Below are positions 18,540-27,600 of a DNA stretch of 64,000 bases, one piece after another; position 1 is the stretch's first letter, and each line of letters opens with the position of its first letter. A model generated the notes under the pieces. It was not told where the DNA came from. It saw nothing but the letters and a program-made list of their open reading frames with translations, and did not search any database. Source of the DNA: an uncultured Candidatus Saccharibacteria bacterium (lineage in GTDB: Bacteria; Patescibacteriota; WWE3; UBA101185; UBA10185); NCBI GenBank assembly GCA_964510435.1, contig CAZEBU010000001.1:144791-208790 (forward strand), written 5' to 3'. The position numbers were made by a program, and so were the translations under genes.

Positions 18540-21500
18540 TTATTCTAACTCAACAAATAATATTAGATCCTGGTTTAGCTTGCCACCAATAGTTATAATT
18601 CCATCTTGGTAATTAAAATTATTGCTGCCTTTAACCATCTGCATGCCAAAAGGCAAACTAAAACTGTAGTCAAAATCGTCATTGTTCGTACCAGCCTGTT
18701 TCTGCCAGGCCAAAGAGTAATTACCCTGATCTTTAGTTACGGACAGCTCAACCGGTAAATCATAGTAAAATATAAGTTTAACATTGCTAGAAGGCTTTAG
18801 CACAAAACTGGTCTCAAAAGAAATGTACGGCTCAACCTCGGAAATAATGATCTCGTCAAAAATATCATCCTCAATGGTCAAGTCATAAATTACCTTTCCC
18901 CCCGTCAGTTTGGCACCCTTTTGTGCCAACACACGCACATAGTTAGTGTAAGGACCCCCCGGCCAGGATTCGTCAACACCCGTATGAACATAATCTAATG
19001 TCAGCTCCGCTCTCAAAAGGCCGTCTCTGGTCTTGCTGGTTATCTTATATTCCATAGCATTTTCTACATAATAATTTGCCTTAGTTCCCCCAAGATTTGC
19101 ATTAACCACTTGCAGATAATCCCCGTCGGTACGAACAAGACTGCCTGCCCATTCCCTTTCCAGCAGGGAGGCGTTGAGGGGACTGGCAAAAAGATAGATT
19201 TGTAAATGTCTTTGGTTGAGAGCATTCCCCAATACTCCCACAAACTGAGGAGTTTCCCCGCTGTCAAGTGTAAAAAGGGTTTCGATCAATTTACTGCCCA
19301 AAACCGTTAAAAACTGCCTTTTTTGATCTGAACCTTCTTGATAATCATAAGAAGCATGAAACTGAGTTCTTTCGTATAAGTTTTGAGCGGTAACTTCCTC
19401 GTTGTAAGAGGTTAAAAACAAAGGACCTGTAACTCCCAGAAGATTTTGTACTAAATGCAGATCTGCAGCTACCACACCGTCTATATTCTCACCGCTTAGC
19501 ATAAAAAAGAGATTTTTTATAGCATCCGCACTACGTGTAAAGTCGGGATCCCAGTTGGCATTTCTTATATACAACCTATCCTCAACTAACATGTCTCCTA
19601 TAGGCTTGGGCGGTGTAACTCTGATATTTCTCACATCTATTTGGCCATCAGGATTATATATGTCATCGATGGTTATCTCTTCAATTTTTCCCTGGTTTAA
19701 ATACAAAAACGCGTAAGACCCTATAAAACCTCCTGTGGGTCTTATTTCGTTGTTGTTTTGGAAGAGGATCAAGTATTTCTTGGGGCCATCAAACCCTAAA
19801 AGATCAGGGAGGTCAGAAGACACCGCCCAAGCTAAATCCAATCCTTCTTGTGTCGCAGATAGCACTTCCTCATAAATTCCAATATCTTTTCTTGCTATTT
19901 CCGGTAGCCTGTCCTTATTTACTTCGTTAAAATCAGCCAAAGCTCTCTGCAAATTATTCTTAGCATTTGAGATGTGCAGTTTTGTTTCGTCAAGAGCGGC
20001 TGGATCAAAAGAATTTTCTGACTCGGGTTTTAAAGAATCCCAGATAATTTTAAGGGGGGCCGCTGAACTAGAAACATCGTAGGCCACATTTGAGAAAGAC
20101 GCCACTGAACTTAAAAGCTTGGAGGTAGCTTCGTGGTTTTCCTCCTTACCAAATACTTTGAAAAGCCAATCCAGGCTTGAAAAATACCTGTTTGCTTTTA
20201 AAAAACCCTCCTGGGCAAGCTCTGCATTATCCGAAGCTTGCTGCAGGTCAAAGCGCGCAATAAGTTCCGGTATGCCAACCAAAGTATCCATGGCTTTTTT
20301 CGAGGAAGAATAGGTATTAAACAGGGGCATAAAAATAAATACCAAAAGGAAGGAAAGGAAAATAACAAAAAACAGGGATATTTTGCTGGCCAAACTTATG
20401 CGGGGAAAGCTGATCCCTAAGTTTAGTTTAAATCTATTTTTGATCTTGATCTTCGGTAAGTCTTTTGTATCTGCAATTTGCCGGCTATCATAATTTTGTT
20501 GAACTTCAGTAGCCTCAGCAATTTTTTCTACAGGCAACTCTTTTACCTGGACATCATATAAGGTGGTAAGTTGTTCCTGAGTTTTATCTCTTTTTTTCTC
20601 AATTAGTTTTGCCTGCTTAAAACTCTGCTCATTTACTTCATATCCCAACCAGGTAAGGGTCTTTATCACACCTTGCTTAAAAGTGGTTCTCGGCTGCCAT
20701 TTTAGATCTCCTAAGTTAGATGTATCCGGTACAAATGACGCGGGGGAAAGCAGGGGCTCTTCCCCTTCGAACTTTACCTCTATTTGCCTGTCGGCTAGGC
20801 TTTTCACTAAAAAAGCCGTCTCTAAAGCCGATGTAGGTTCTTTATGAACAAGCGTGTAAATTTTCCCTTCTGTATTATCGTTTAACAAGCCTTTGATCAT
20901 TCCTGCCACGGCATCGTCGATATAAAGGTAGTACTCCTTAACGGAACCGTCCCCTTTAACCTTAAGTCCTTTATTTTGCGTGAGGTCGCTGAGAAACTTC
21001 CCTAGATACCCACTGGAAAACAAGTTCATCCTCGGACCGTACACCTCCGGGAGTCTTACAATTCTCACATTGGTGCTATTTCGTTTATAGTATTCCCAAA
21101 CCAAGGCCTCTGCGTATCTTTTTGCTTCGGCTAGGCTATATCTTCGTTCCTGCATCTTTGATTTGCCAAAGTAGGCATCCAAATTTAACTGGGAGATCAT
21201 GCCCCCGTAAACGTCAATGGTTGAGACCAATAAGAATTTTGCCTCTGAACTTTTTGCTAAATCCAATAAGTTTTTTGTCCCTACGGCATTTGTTAACAGA
21301 GAATCAAGATCCAGATCATCCTTGCTATAAAGGTATTCCTCTAAGCCTGCCAGGTGAAATATATAGTCAACACTTTCTATTTCAGGCGGTAGCCCCTGAT
21401 TAATATCCACATCATATAGAGCAAATTTGGGGTTTTTCAGTAAATGGTTTATATGAACATCCTTGCCTGTACTGAAATTGTCAAGAATAATCACCCGCGC

Positions 21501-21611
21501 CTCTTTCTGAAGCAACACTTCTGCCAAATGAGAGCCAATAAAACCGGCGCCTCCTGCTATTAAAATAGTTGGAGCCAAAGGTGATTTTTTTATAGTTTTT
21601 TTACTTTGCAT
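18540..21611 (-). CDS. Fusion of NAD-dependent epimerase/dehydratase-like domain, TM and DUF4012-like domain
   Basis: GGAGFIG Rossmann motif; YLILFQNNNEIRPTGGFIGSY and NANWDPDF DUF4012-type motifs. Confidence 0.8.
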   Translation of the reverse strand: MQSKKTIKKSPLAPTILIAGGAGFIGSHLAEVLLQKEARVIILDNFSTGKDVHINHLLKNPKFALYDVDINQGLPPEIESVDYIFHLAGLEEYLYSKDDLDLDSLLTNAVGTKNLLDLAKSSEAKFLLVSTIDVYGGMISQLNLDAYFGKSKMQERRYSLAEAKRYAEALVWEYYKRNSTNVRIVRLPEVYGPRMNLFSSGYLGKFLSDLTQNKGLKVKGDGSVKEYYLYIDDAVAGMIKGLLNDNTEGKIYTLVHKEPTSALETAFLVKSLADRQIEVKFEGEEPLLSPASFVPDTSNLGDLKWQPRTTFKQGVIKTLTWLGYEVNEQSFKQAKLIEKKRDKTQEQLTTLYDVQVKELPVEKIAEATEVQQNYDSRQIADTKDLPKIKIKNRFKLNLGISFPRISLASKISLFFVIFLSFLLVFIFMPLFNTYSSSKKAMDTLVGIPELIARFDLQQASDNAELAQEGFLKANRYFSSLDWLFKVFGKEENHEATSKLLSSVASFSNVAYDVSSSAAPLKIIWDSLKPESENSFDPAALDETKLHISNAKNNLQRALADFNEVNKDRLPEIARKDIGIYEEVLSATQEGLDLAWAVSSDLPDLLGFDGPKKYLILFQNNNEIRPTGGFIGSYAFLYLNQGKIEEITIDDIYNPDGQIDVRNIRVTPPKPIGDMLVEDRLYIRNANWDPDFTRSADAIKNLFFMLSGENIDGVVAADLHLVQNLLGVTGPLFLTSYNEEVTAQNLYERTQFHASYDYQEGSDQKRQFLTVLGSKLIETLFTLDSGETPQFVGVLGNALNQRHLQIYLFASPLNASLLEREWAGSLVRTDGDYLQVVNANLGGTKANYYVENAMEYKITSKTRDGLLRAELTLDYVHTGVDESWPGGPYTNYVRVLAQKGAKLTGGKVIYDLTIEDDIFDEIIISEVEPYISFETSFVLKPSSNVKLIFYYDLPVELSVTKDQGNYSLAWQKQAGTNNDDFDYSFSLPFGMQMVKGSNNFNYQDGIITIGGKLNQDLILFVELE

Positions 21612-21727
21612 AACGGGCAGAATACCTCTTTTTTCCTTTACTTTCCTGAATTTAAGTATATTTTCAATTAAGCCATTTTACAAGATGGCAAAGTACGTAG
21701 CTATTAGCTGTGGTAAAATCGCTTTGT

Positions 21728-22348
21728 ATGGAACTAAAAGAGATGGTCAAATTTTTTAAAGCAAATATAAAAATGTTACTGGTTTTTAGCTTATTGTCCG
21801 GAGGTCTAGGTGCTGCTGCTTACTTTTTCCTACCCACTAAATACTACGCTAGCGGTTCTATTTTCGTAAAGAGAGTTATTTATCCCTATTCTGAAACACA
21901 CTTTACCTACGAAGGTTACTATGGCCAACAAGCAGCCGTTTCTTACACCAATTCGGTTATTGGTTTAATTGAAAGTGAGGATATACACGCCCAAGCACTG
22001 CAAAAAATTGGCATCTCCGTAACTGAAAAGTCACTAAGAGTGGTGGACAGAAAGATCAAAACCATTAAATCAGGGCCGCAAATAATTAATCTGGTGACTA
22101 AAGAAAAATCACCGGAAAAAACTGAAGAGTTGTGGTCGGCAGTAGCAGATTCCACCCTAGAAACAGCAGAGGCACTCAAAACAGGAGGTGATCCTTATAT
22201 CAATGTTGCTAAAGTGTCAGACCGTCCTATAGTTAAAGAGGGCTATAGAAACTTGCCCTTGTTTTCTTTTTTAGGAATAGGTTTGGGATTATTATTTTCT
22301 ACTTCTGTATTGTCAGTAAAAAATTATTTTCATAAGAAGAAAAAATGA
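21728..22348 (+). CDS. Wzz/CpsC-like polysaccharide co-polymerase
   Basis: Two terminal TMs, P.KYYAS motif; start moved to the ATG after TGGTAAAAT. Confidence 0.65.
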   Translation: MELKEMVKFFKANIKMLLVFSLLSGGLGAAAYFFLPTKYYASGSIFVKRVIYPYSETHFTYEGYYGQQAAVSYTNSVIGLIESEDIHAQALQKIGISVTEKSLRVVDRKIKTIKSGPQIINLVTKEKSPEKTEELWSAVADSTLETAEALKTGGDPYINVAKVSDRPIVKEGYRNLPLFSFLGIGLGLLFSTSVLSVKNYFHKKKK

Positions 22349-22749
22349 AGTATTCAATCTACACTGACGGGGGTTCCAGAGGAAATCCCGGCCCCGGAGC
22401 TATTGGTGTAGTAGTCATGAACCAAAAGAATAAGGTTATTTATGAACTCTCAAAATATCTTGGTAGGTGCACCAACAATGAAGCCGAATATCTAGCTGTT
22501 CTCCACGGCTTGAAGATCGCCTCAAGTAGAAAGTACACTGATGTACAAATACATATAGATAGTCTACTGGTTGCAAGTCAACTAAGTGGCAAGTATAAAG
22601 TTAAAAATGAACGCCTTAAAAAAATATTTAGAAAGATCAAATATCTGGAAAAAGATCTTCACACAGTCGAGTACATTCATATAAAAAGAGACAAAAATAA
22701 AAACGCAGATAATCTAGTTAACGAGGCTTTGGATGAAAATGGCTTCTAA
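22345..22749 (+). CDS. rnhA: Ribonuclease HI family protein
   Basis: YTDGGSRGNPG, TNNEAEY, DSLLV, NKNADNLVN. Confidence 0.92.
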   Translation: MKYSIYTDGGSRGNPGPGAIGVVVMNQKNKVIYELSKYLGRCTNNEAEYLAVLHGLKIASSRKYTDVQIHIDSLLVASQLSGKYKVKNERLKKIFRKIKYLEKDLHTVEYIHIKRDKNKNADNLVNEALDENGF

Positions 22750-23623
22750 AAATCCCAGACCAAGGGCAAAGGAAAAAGCCTGTGATAGAGCTGTAAAAAG
22801 AACGCTTTGCTACAGTGCGATATTTAATTATCCAAGAAGCTGTTTCCAACTTTATACATTTCTCATTACGAAAAAGGACTTCGAAGAAAAATTTTTTCTT
22901 AAATCCTTAAGAAGACTGGTTAAGAAAAAGCATATAAAAGCGAGGGGTGGAAAATATTATCTCCCCTACATCAGACCTTTAAGCTGGAACCTAAGAAACA
23001 AGTATTCTCAGGAACTTCTTAAAGAATCCTCCTTAGGAGTAAACATGCTAAAAACTATTCCTTGGATCAAAATGTTGTCCGTTACAGGAGCCGTGGCTGC
23101 AAATAATGCCGAGAAGGACGATGATGTGGACATTTTTATCATCACGCAAAAAAATCGTATGTGGTTAAGTAGGTTTTTTGTGTATCTGATTTTAAAAATT
23201 ATAAATAAATATTCTCAGGGAGAAAAAGAAAAAAGAAAGTTCTGCTGTAACTTATTTGTGGACGAAACAAACATCAAGTGGGATAAAAACAAGCAAAATA
23301 TTTATGTAGCCCACGAAATACTGAGCATGCACCCTCTTATAAACAGAGACGAAATGTACTTTAGATTTGTAGATGCCAATTCCTGGACTCTAAAATTTTT
23401 TAAAAACTACCATGTGGAAATTCCCACTAAATTCAGTAAAAAAGACGTTTCTCAAAGCAAATTTATTGACGCAGTGGAAAACTTTTTCAGAAAAGTACAG
23501 CTAGCTTACATGAAAAATAAAAAAACTACTGAGATAACTAAAAAAGATTTTATTCACTTCAATAAATTCGATCACTCAAAAGAAATTTTAAATACCTACA
23601 AAGAAAATCTGGGGAAAATTTGA
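22733..23623 (+). CDS. Nucleotidyltransferase-like hypothetical protein
   Basis: TGAVA...DDDVDIFII resembles the pol-beta NTase GS..DxD motif. Confidence 0.55.
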   Translation: MKMASKNPRPRAKEKACDRAVKRTLCYSAIFNYPRSCFQLYTFLITKKDFEEKFFLKSLRRLVKKKHIKARGGKYYLPYIRPLSWNLRNKYSQELLKESSLGVNMLKTIPWIKMLSVTGAVAANNAEKDDDVDIFIITQKNRMWLSRFFVYLILKIINKYSQGEKEKRKFCCNLFVDETNIKWDKNKQNIYVAHEILSMHPLINRDEMYFRFVDANSWTLKFFKNYHVEIPTKFSKKDVSQSKFIDAVENFFRKVQLAYMKNKKTTEITKKDFIHFNKFDHSKEILNTYKENLGKI

Positions 23624-23625
23624 AT

Positions 23626-24405
23626 TTAACAGCAGGCAAGACTTTTCATTTTTAGAAGTTCTGTTCTCATGGTTTCCGGTATCCTATCCTCTTCTACAAA
23701 GCTCCATAAACTCACCGCCACTTGCAGTTGCCTGCCTATCAAATAGTGAATGTTGTCTCTTATTTCCTTGTTTACTTTCGGTTTTTCTATTGCTTTTATG
23801 GTATTTTCCCTTATGTCGAGGATGTATTCCAAGGCTTTCCCGCTGGGAATTTTTCCGTCATACTCGTGATTCTTGAGCCATTTAGTTAGGTAATAACTAC
23901 CCACCAAATTTCCATCAATATAATCTATGACATTAGCCACTAGGGCTTGTTGGTTTTTTGGGATATTGGAACCCATTCTCCTAAGAAAATCTTCCGCCAA
24001 GACAAAATCTTCAAACAGAACGTAGTCGCTTTTACTTAAAACAGTTTTTGCCACGGTTTTTTCTTTATTTTCCGATTTTCTGGCAATTTCGGGGTTATTG
24101 TATCTTTCTACGGCGCTGGTATCCGTATCCGCCACATGCTCAGGTATATCGTGTATCCATAGTGTTCTGATAAGGTCCTTTTGAGTGGGATAGAGAGATG
24201 CGGCTCGAAAAGCACACCTAATAGTATGCATTTTAGAGTTGTCAACAATCATCTCGGGGTATTGCTTTGCGGTATGAGAAAATCTCCTCACATTTTCGAT
24301 CTTATCGATATAGTCTTTTATATCTTCCGGAATTTTAACCTCATTAATAGTAAAGCCTTTTGAGTCAGGATAGATTTCGGAAACAAGTTCTGGTCTTTGA
24401 GACAT
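23626..24405 (-). CDS. HD-domain phosphohydrolase-like protein
   Basis: H...IHDIPE...D..D spacing of the HD/YfbR family. Confidence 0.6.
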   Translation of the reverse strand: MSQRPELVSEIYPDSKGFTINEVKIPEDIKDYIDKIENVRRFSHTAKQYPEMIVDNSKMHTIRCAFRAASLYPTQKDLIRTLWIHDIPEHVADTDTSAVERYNNPEIARKSENKEKTVAKTVLSKSDYVLFEDFVLAEDFLRRMGSNIPKNQQALVANVIDYIDGNLVGSYYLTKWLKNHEYDGKIPSGKALEYILDIRENTIKAIEKPKVNKEIRDNIHYLIGRQLQVAVSLWSFVEEDRIPETMRTELLKMKSLACC

Positions 24406-24427
24406 AGGGGTATTTTAACAGAAAGAT

Positions 24428-24463
24428 AAAAGGCCTGGACATTACGTGAGTAAATCCAGGCCT
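24428..24463 (-). terminator. Intrinsic terminator
   Basis: AGGCCTGGA..TTAC-loop-GTAA..TCCAGGCCT with short U tract. Confidence 0.65.
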
Positions 24464-24497
24464 ATTTGGCCAATCTGTTTTCGTTCTGCTTCTTCGT

Positions 24498-24764
24498 CTA
24501 CCTGAAGAGTGCACCAAGCATGCCTGCGACAAAGGTTCCAGCGACGGATGCGATGATGTACAACCGCACCAGAACTTGCAGCAGAACATAGAGGTAAGCC
24601 ACCAGGAGCACCAGCAGGACTACTCCCCACAAGACACTGCCATGAACAAATGCGGCAATGGCTCCAGCCGGCAAACCGAACAGAACGAGATACGCGGTAA
24701 AGCTAGGCAAAGGCCAAACCTTCGTTAAACCAAAGACAAATTCTCTTGCAGTAATACTGCGCAC
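24498..24764 (-). CDS. Small hydrophobic membrane protein (solo accessory gene)
   Basis: SD AGGAGGAG before GTG at 24764; almost entirely hydrophobic. Confidence 0.6.
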   Translation of the reverse strand: MRSITAREFVFGLTKVWPLPSFTAYLVLFGLPAGAIAAFVHGSVLWGVVLLVLLVAYLYVLLQVLVRLYIIASVAGTFVAGMLGALFR

Positions 24765-24903
24765 CGTACTCCTCCTATTTCTCATTTTGATAGGTTAGCT
24801 ACTATTATACTGTACTATAAGTCTACTTACAAATGCTTTGAAGACACACATGTTATTATTTTATTCATTAAAAATGGTACGGGTATTTTTATAGGTTTAT
24901 TAC

Positions 24904-24984
24904 TTACGATAAGGCGGTACTTACAACCACAACAGCAAATGTGATTATCAAAAAAATCACCCACCAACACCCTCTTAGATCCAT
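24904..24984 (-). CDS. 26-aa membrane peptide (not in ORF track)
   Basis: MDLRGCWWVIFLIITFAVVVVSTALS; TTGACA-18-TACAAT then 5 nt to ATG. Confidence 0.5.
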   Translation of the reverse strand: MDLRGCWWVIFLIITFAVVVVSTALS

Positions 24985-25030
24985 GTCTTATTGTATTATT
25001 GTTATAGGTTAGTTGTCAAATTAAAGCAGC

Positions 25031-25489
25031 TTATTCTTCTGCTAACACCTCGAGTACTTCCAGCAATCTCTTTCCTTTATGCTGATCTTTGTAGTTTGAA
25101 ATCTTTAGGTTCATTTTTTCGAAGGCATCTTCATGAAATTCAAACCCCGATCCATGTTTTTCTCGAAATCTCTGCAATAGCATCTCTTGAACTGTTCCAT
25201 CGTTGACCATTTCCACCGCTCTGTTTAGCACTCTCCCTGATACAACATAATCTTCTGGCGCATCTTGAGCATTTCCCGAAATTATATCTAGTGTTCTGTC
25301 CACAAGTTCCGCATGACGCGTTGCGATAGCAGTTTCTACATCTACATTGTTTTGATCTGCAAATTCCTTATCCTCCCTTAGCGTCCTTTTTGAGATAGCG
25401 AGCCGATTTAGTTCTGAGTCCAACTTGTCTTCGGTTTTGGAAATCTCTGACTCCGGTACCGCATCCTCGGGAGTGTGTACTTCTAACAT
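25031..25489 (-). CDS. Hypothetical protein
   Basis: 152-aa ORF; TACAAT 6 nt upstream of ATG. Confidence 0.6.
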   Translation of the reverse strand: MLEVHTPEDAVPESEISKTEDKLDSELNRLAISKRTLREDKEFADQNNVDVETAIATRHAELVDRTLDIISGNAQDAPEDYVVSGRVLNRAVEMVNDGTVQEMLLQRFREKHGSGFEFHEDAFEKMNLKISNYKDQHKGKRLLEVLEVLAEE

Positions 25490-25544
25490 ATTTTAATTGT
25501 ACTATTTATTAAGGGTTTCGTTTTTAAACTCGGTCCTTAAGCGT

Positions 25545-27218
25545 CTACATCATCCCGGGCATGCCGCCCATACCACCCATGCCGCCCATACCTCCACCAG
25601 CACCTCCAGCGCCTGGTGAATGGTCGTGTTCTTCGGGTAGATCAGCCACTAAACATTCGGTGATAATAACCATAGTAGCCACGGAAACTGCGTTCTGTAG
25701 AGCACTACGAGTAACTTTGGCCGGATCAATAATACCTGCGCTAATCATGTCTACATATTCCATGACCAAAACGTCTAAGCCTATGTTGGGGTTGTTCTTT
25801 TCAGAAGTCTGTGCTTCCAATTCAGCTAATACCTTTCCTGCATCCGCTCCGGCATTACCGACAATAATACGGGTTGGCTGTTCCAAAGCCTCGTATAATA
25901 TTCTCGCGCCGGTTTCTTCGTCACCATCAAGTTTAAGATTATTGATGGCATCACGCGCTCTCAGATAGACAACACCGCCTCCTGGAACAACACCTTCCTC
26001 TACAGCAGCTTTTGTAGCGTTTACCGCATCTTCTACGCGTAGTTTCTTCTCTTTCATTTCGGACTCAGTGGCTGCACCTACGCTGATTTCCGCTACTCCA
26101 CCGGTCAATTTGGCCAGCCTTTCCACAAGTTTCTCTTTATCATACTCAGAGGTAGTGTTTTCAATCTGATTTTCTATCTGAGTCACTCGTGCCTTAATAT
26201 CCTTTGTGGCGCCTTTTCCTCCTACAATGGTTGTGCTTTCTTTGTCCGAAATCACCCGATCGGCCCTTCCCAAATCTTCTACCGCTACTGAATCCAATTT
26301 TCGTCCCATATCCTCGCTGATCAAGGTGGCTTTAGTGAGAACAGCAATATCTTCCAGCATAGACTTCCTACGATCGCCAAATCCCGGAGCCTTTACTGCC
26401 AAAACATTGAAGGTTCCTCTTAGTTTATTGAGCACTAACGTAGCTAAGGCCTCACCATCAATATCTTCAGCTATAATGACCAAGTTTTTGGAAACCTGCA
26501 CAAAGTTTTCTAGCATGGGGAGCATTTCCTGCAAATTGGAAATTTTAAAATCGGTCACTAAAATGTAGGGTTCCTCAATTTCCGCTTCCATCTTGTCCGC
26601 ATTGGTCACAAAATAAGGAGAGGCGTAACCTTTCTCAAACTGCATACCCTCTTTATATTCGAGGTCTATGCCAAAACCCTTACCCTCATTAACGGTAATT
26701 ACACCATTGTCGCCAACTTTTTCCATAGTTTCCGCGACCAAATCACCAATTTCCTTATCCTGTGCTGAATTTGCCGCTATCTGTGCTTTTTCCTCTTTGG
26801 AAGAAATGTCTTTGGCAATTTTTTTAATTTCTCCTATCACAGCTGCAGAAGCCTTTTCCAGACCTCTCCTGATTATCATAGGGTTTGCTCCGGCACTGAC
26901 ATTCTTTAGCCCTCCGGTAACTAATGCCTGCGCGAGTACAACAGCAGTGGTTGTCCCATCACCCGCTACCTCATTAGTTTTACTGGCTGCTTCTTTTACT
27001 ACCTGCGCACCCATATTTTCAAATTTATCCTCAAGCTCTATCTCTTTAGCCACGGTTACTCCATCATTAACTACATGAGGAGCTCCCCAGCTTTTGTCAA
27101 TGGCCACGTTCCTGCCTTTGGCACCAAGTGTAATGGCTAAGGCTTTGCTTAGTGCGTCAACGCCAATTTTTAATTTGCTCCTGGCTTCTTCTCCATAAAT
27201 AATTTGCTTTACTGACAT
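25545..27218 (-). CDS. groL: Chaperonin GroEL
   Basis: [21 protein letters not shown] tail. Confidence 0.99.
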   Translation of the reverse strand: MSVKQIIYGEEARSKLKIGVDALSKALAITLGAKGRNVAIDKSWGAPHVVNDGVTVAKEIELEDKFENMGAQVVKEAASKTNEVAGDGTTTAVVLAQALVTGGLKNVSAGANPMIIRRGLEKASAAVIGEIKKIAKDISSKEEKAQIAANSAQDKEIGDLVAETMEKVGDNGVITVNEGKGFGIDLEYKEGMQFEKGYASPYFVTNADKMEAEIEEPYILVTDFKISNLQEMLPMLENFVQVSKNLVIIAEDIDGEALATLVLNKLRGTFNVLAVKAPGFGDRRKSMLEDIAVLTKATLISEDMGRKLDSVAVEDLGRADRVISDKESTTIVGGKGATKDIKARVTQIENQIENTTSEYDKEKLVERLAKLTGGVAEISVGAATESEMKEKKLRVEDAVNATKAAVEEGVVPGGGVVYLRARDAINNLKLDGDEETGARILYEALEQPTRIIVGNAGADAGKVLAELEAQTSEKNNPNIGLDVLVMEYVDMISAGIIDPAKVTRSALQNAVSVATMVIITECLVADLPEEHDHSPGAGGAGGGMGGMGGMGGMPGMM

Positions 27219-27231
27219 AATTTTCTCCTAC

Positions 27232-27525
27232 TTAATCTTCCACTGTGGCCAAAACATCTTCTTGTTTTACAAGAAGCATATCCTTGCCGTCAGCTTTAAC
27301 TTCTGTACCAACCCATTTTTTATACATAACTATGTCTCCGGCCTTGACCACCATGGACACTTTTTTTCCATCAGCGTTGGTGGTTCCGGAACCAACAGCG
27401 ACGATTTTTCCTTTTTGGGGCTTCTCTTTTGCAGAATCAGGAATAACAATTCCCGAAGGTAAAGTTGTTTCCTTTTCTAAAGGTTCTATCAATAAATAAT
27501 CGAATAGCGGTTTTATTTTAGACAT
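27232..27525 (-). CDS. groS: Co-chaperonin GroES
   Basis: IKPLFD...SGIVIPDSAKEKPQ. Confidence 0.98.
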   Translation of the reverse strand: MSKIKPLFDYLLIEPLEKETTLPSGIVIPDSAKEKPQKGKIVAVGSGTTNADGKKVSMVVKAGDIVMYKKWVGTEVKADGKDMLLVKQEDVLATVED

Positions 27526-27600
27526 AAATTTTTCCTCTAACTAATTTTTGCGCGTGCATAAAATAGCACCCTTAAGCTTAAGGTGTCAAGGGGAGATTTT

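Noticed and set aside
25550-25600. Short tandem repeat
   Set aside because: Ordinary GroEL GGM tail
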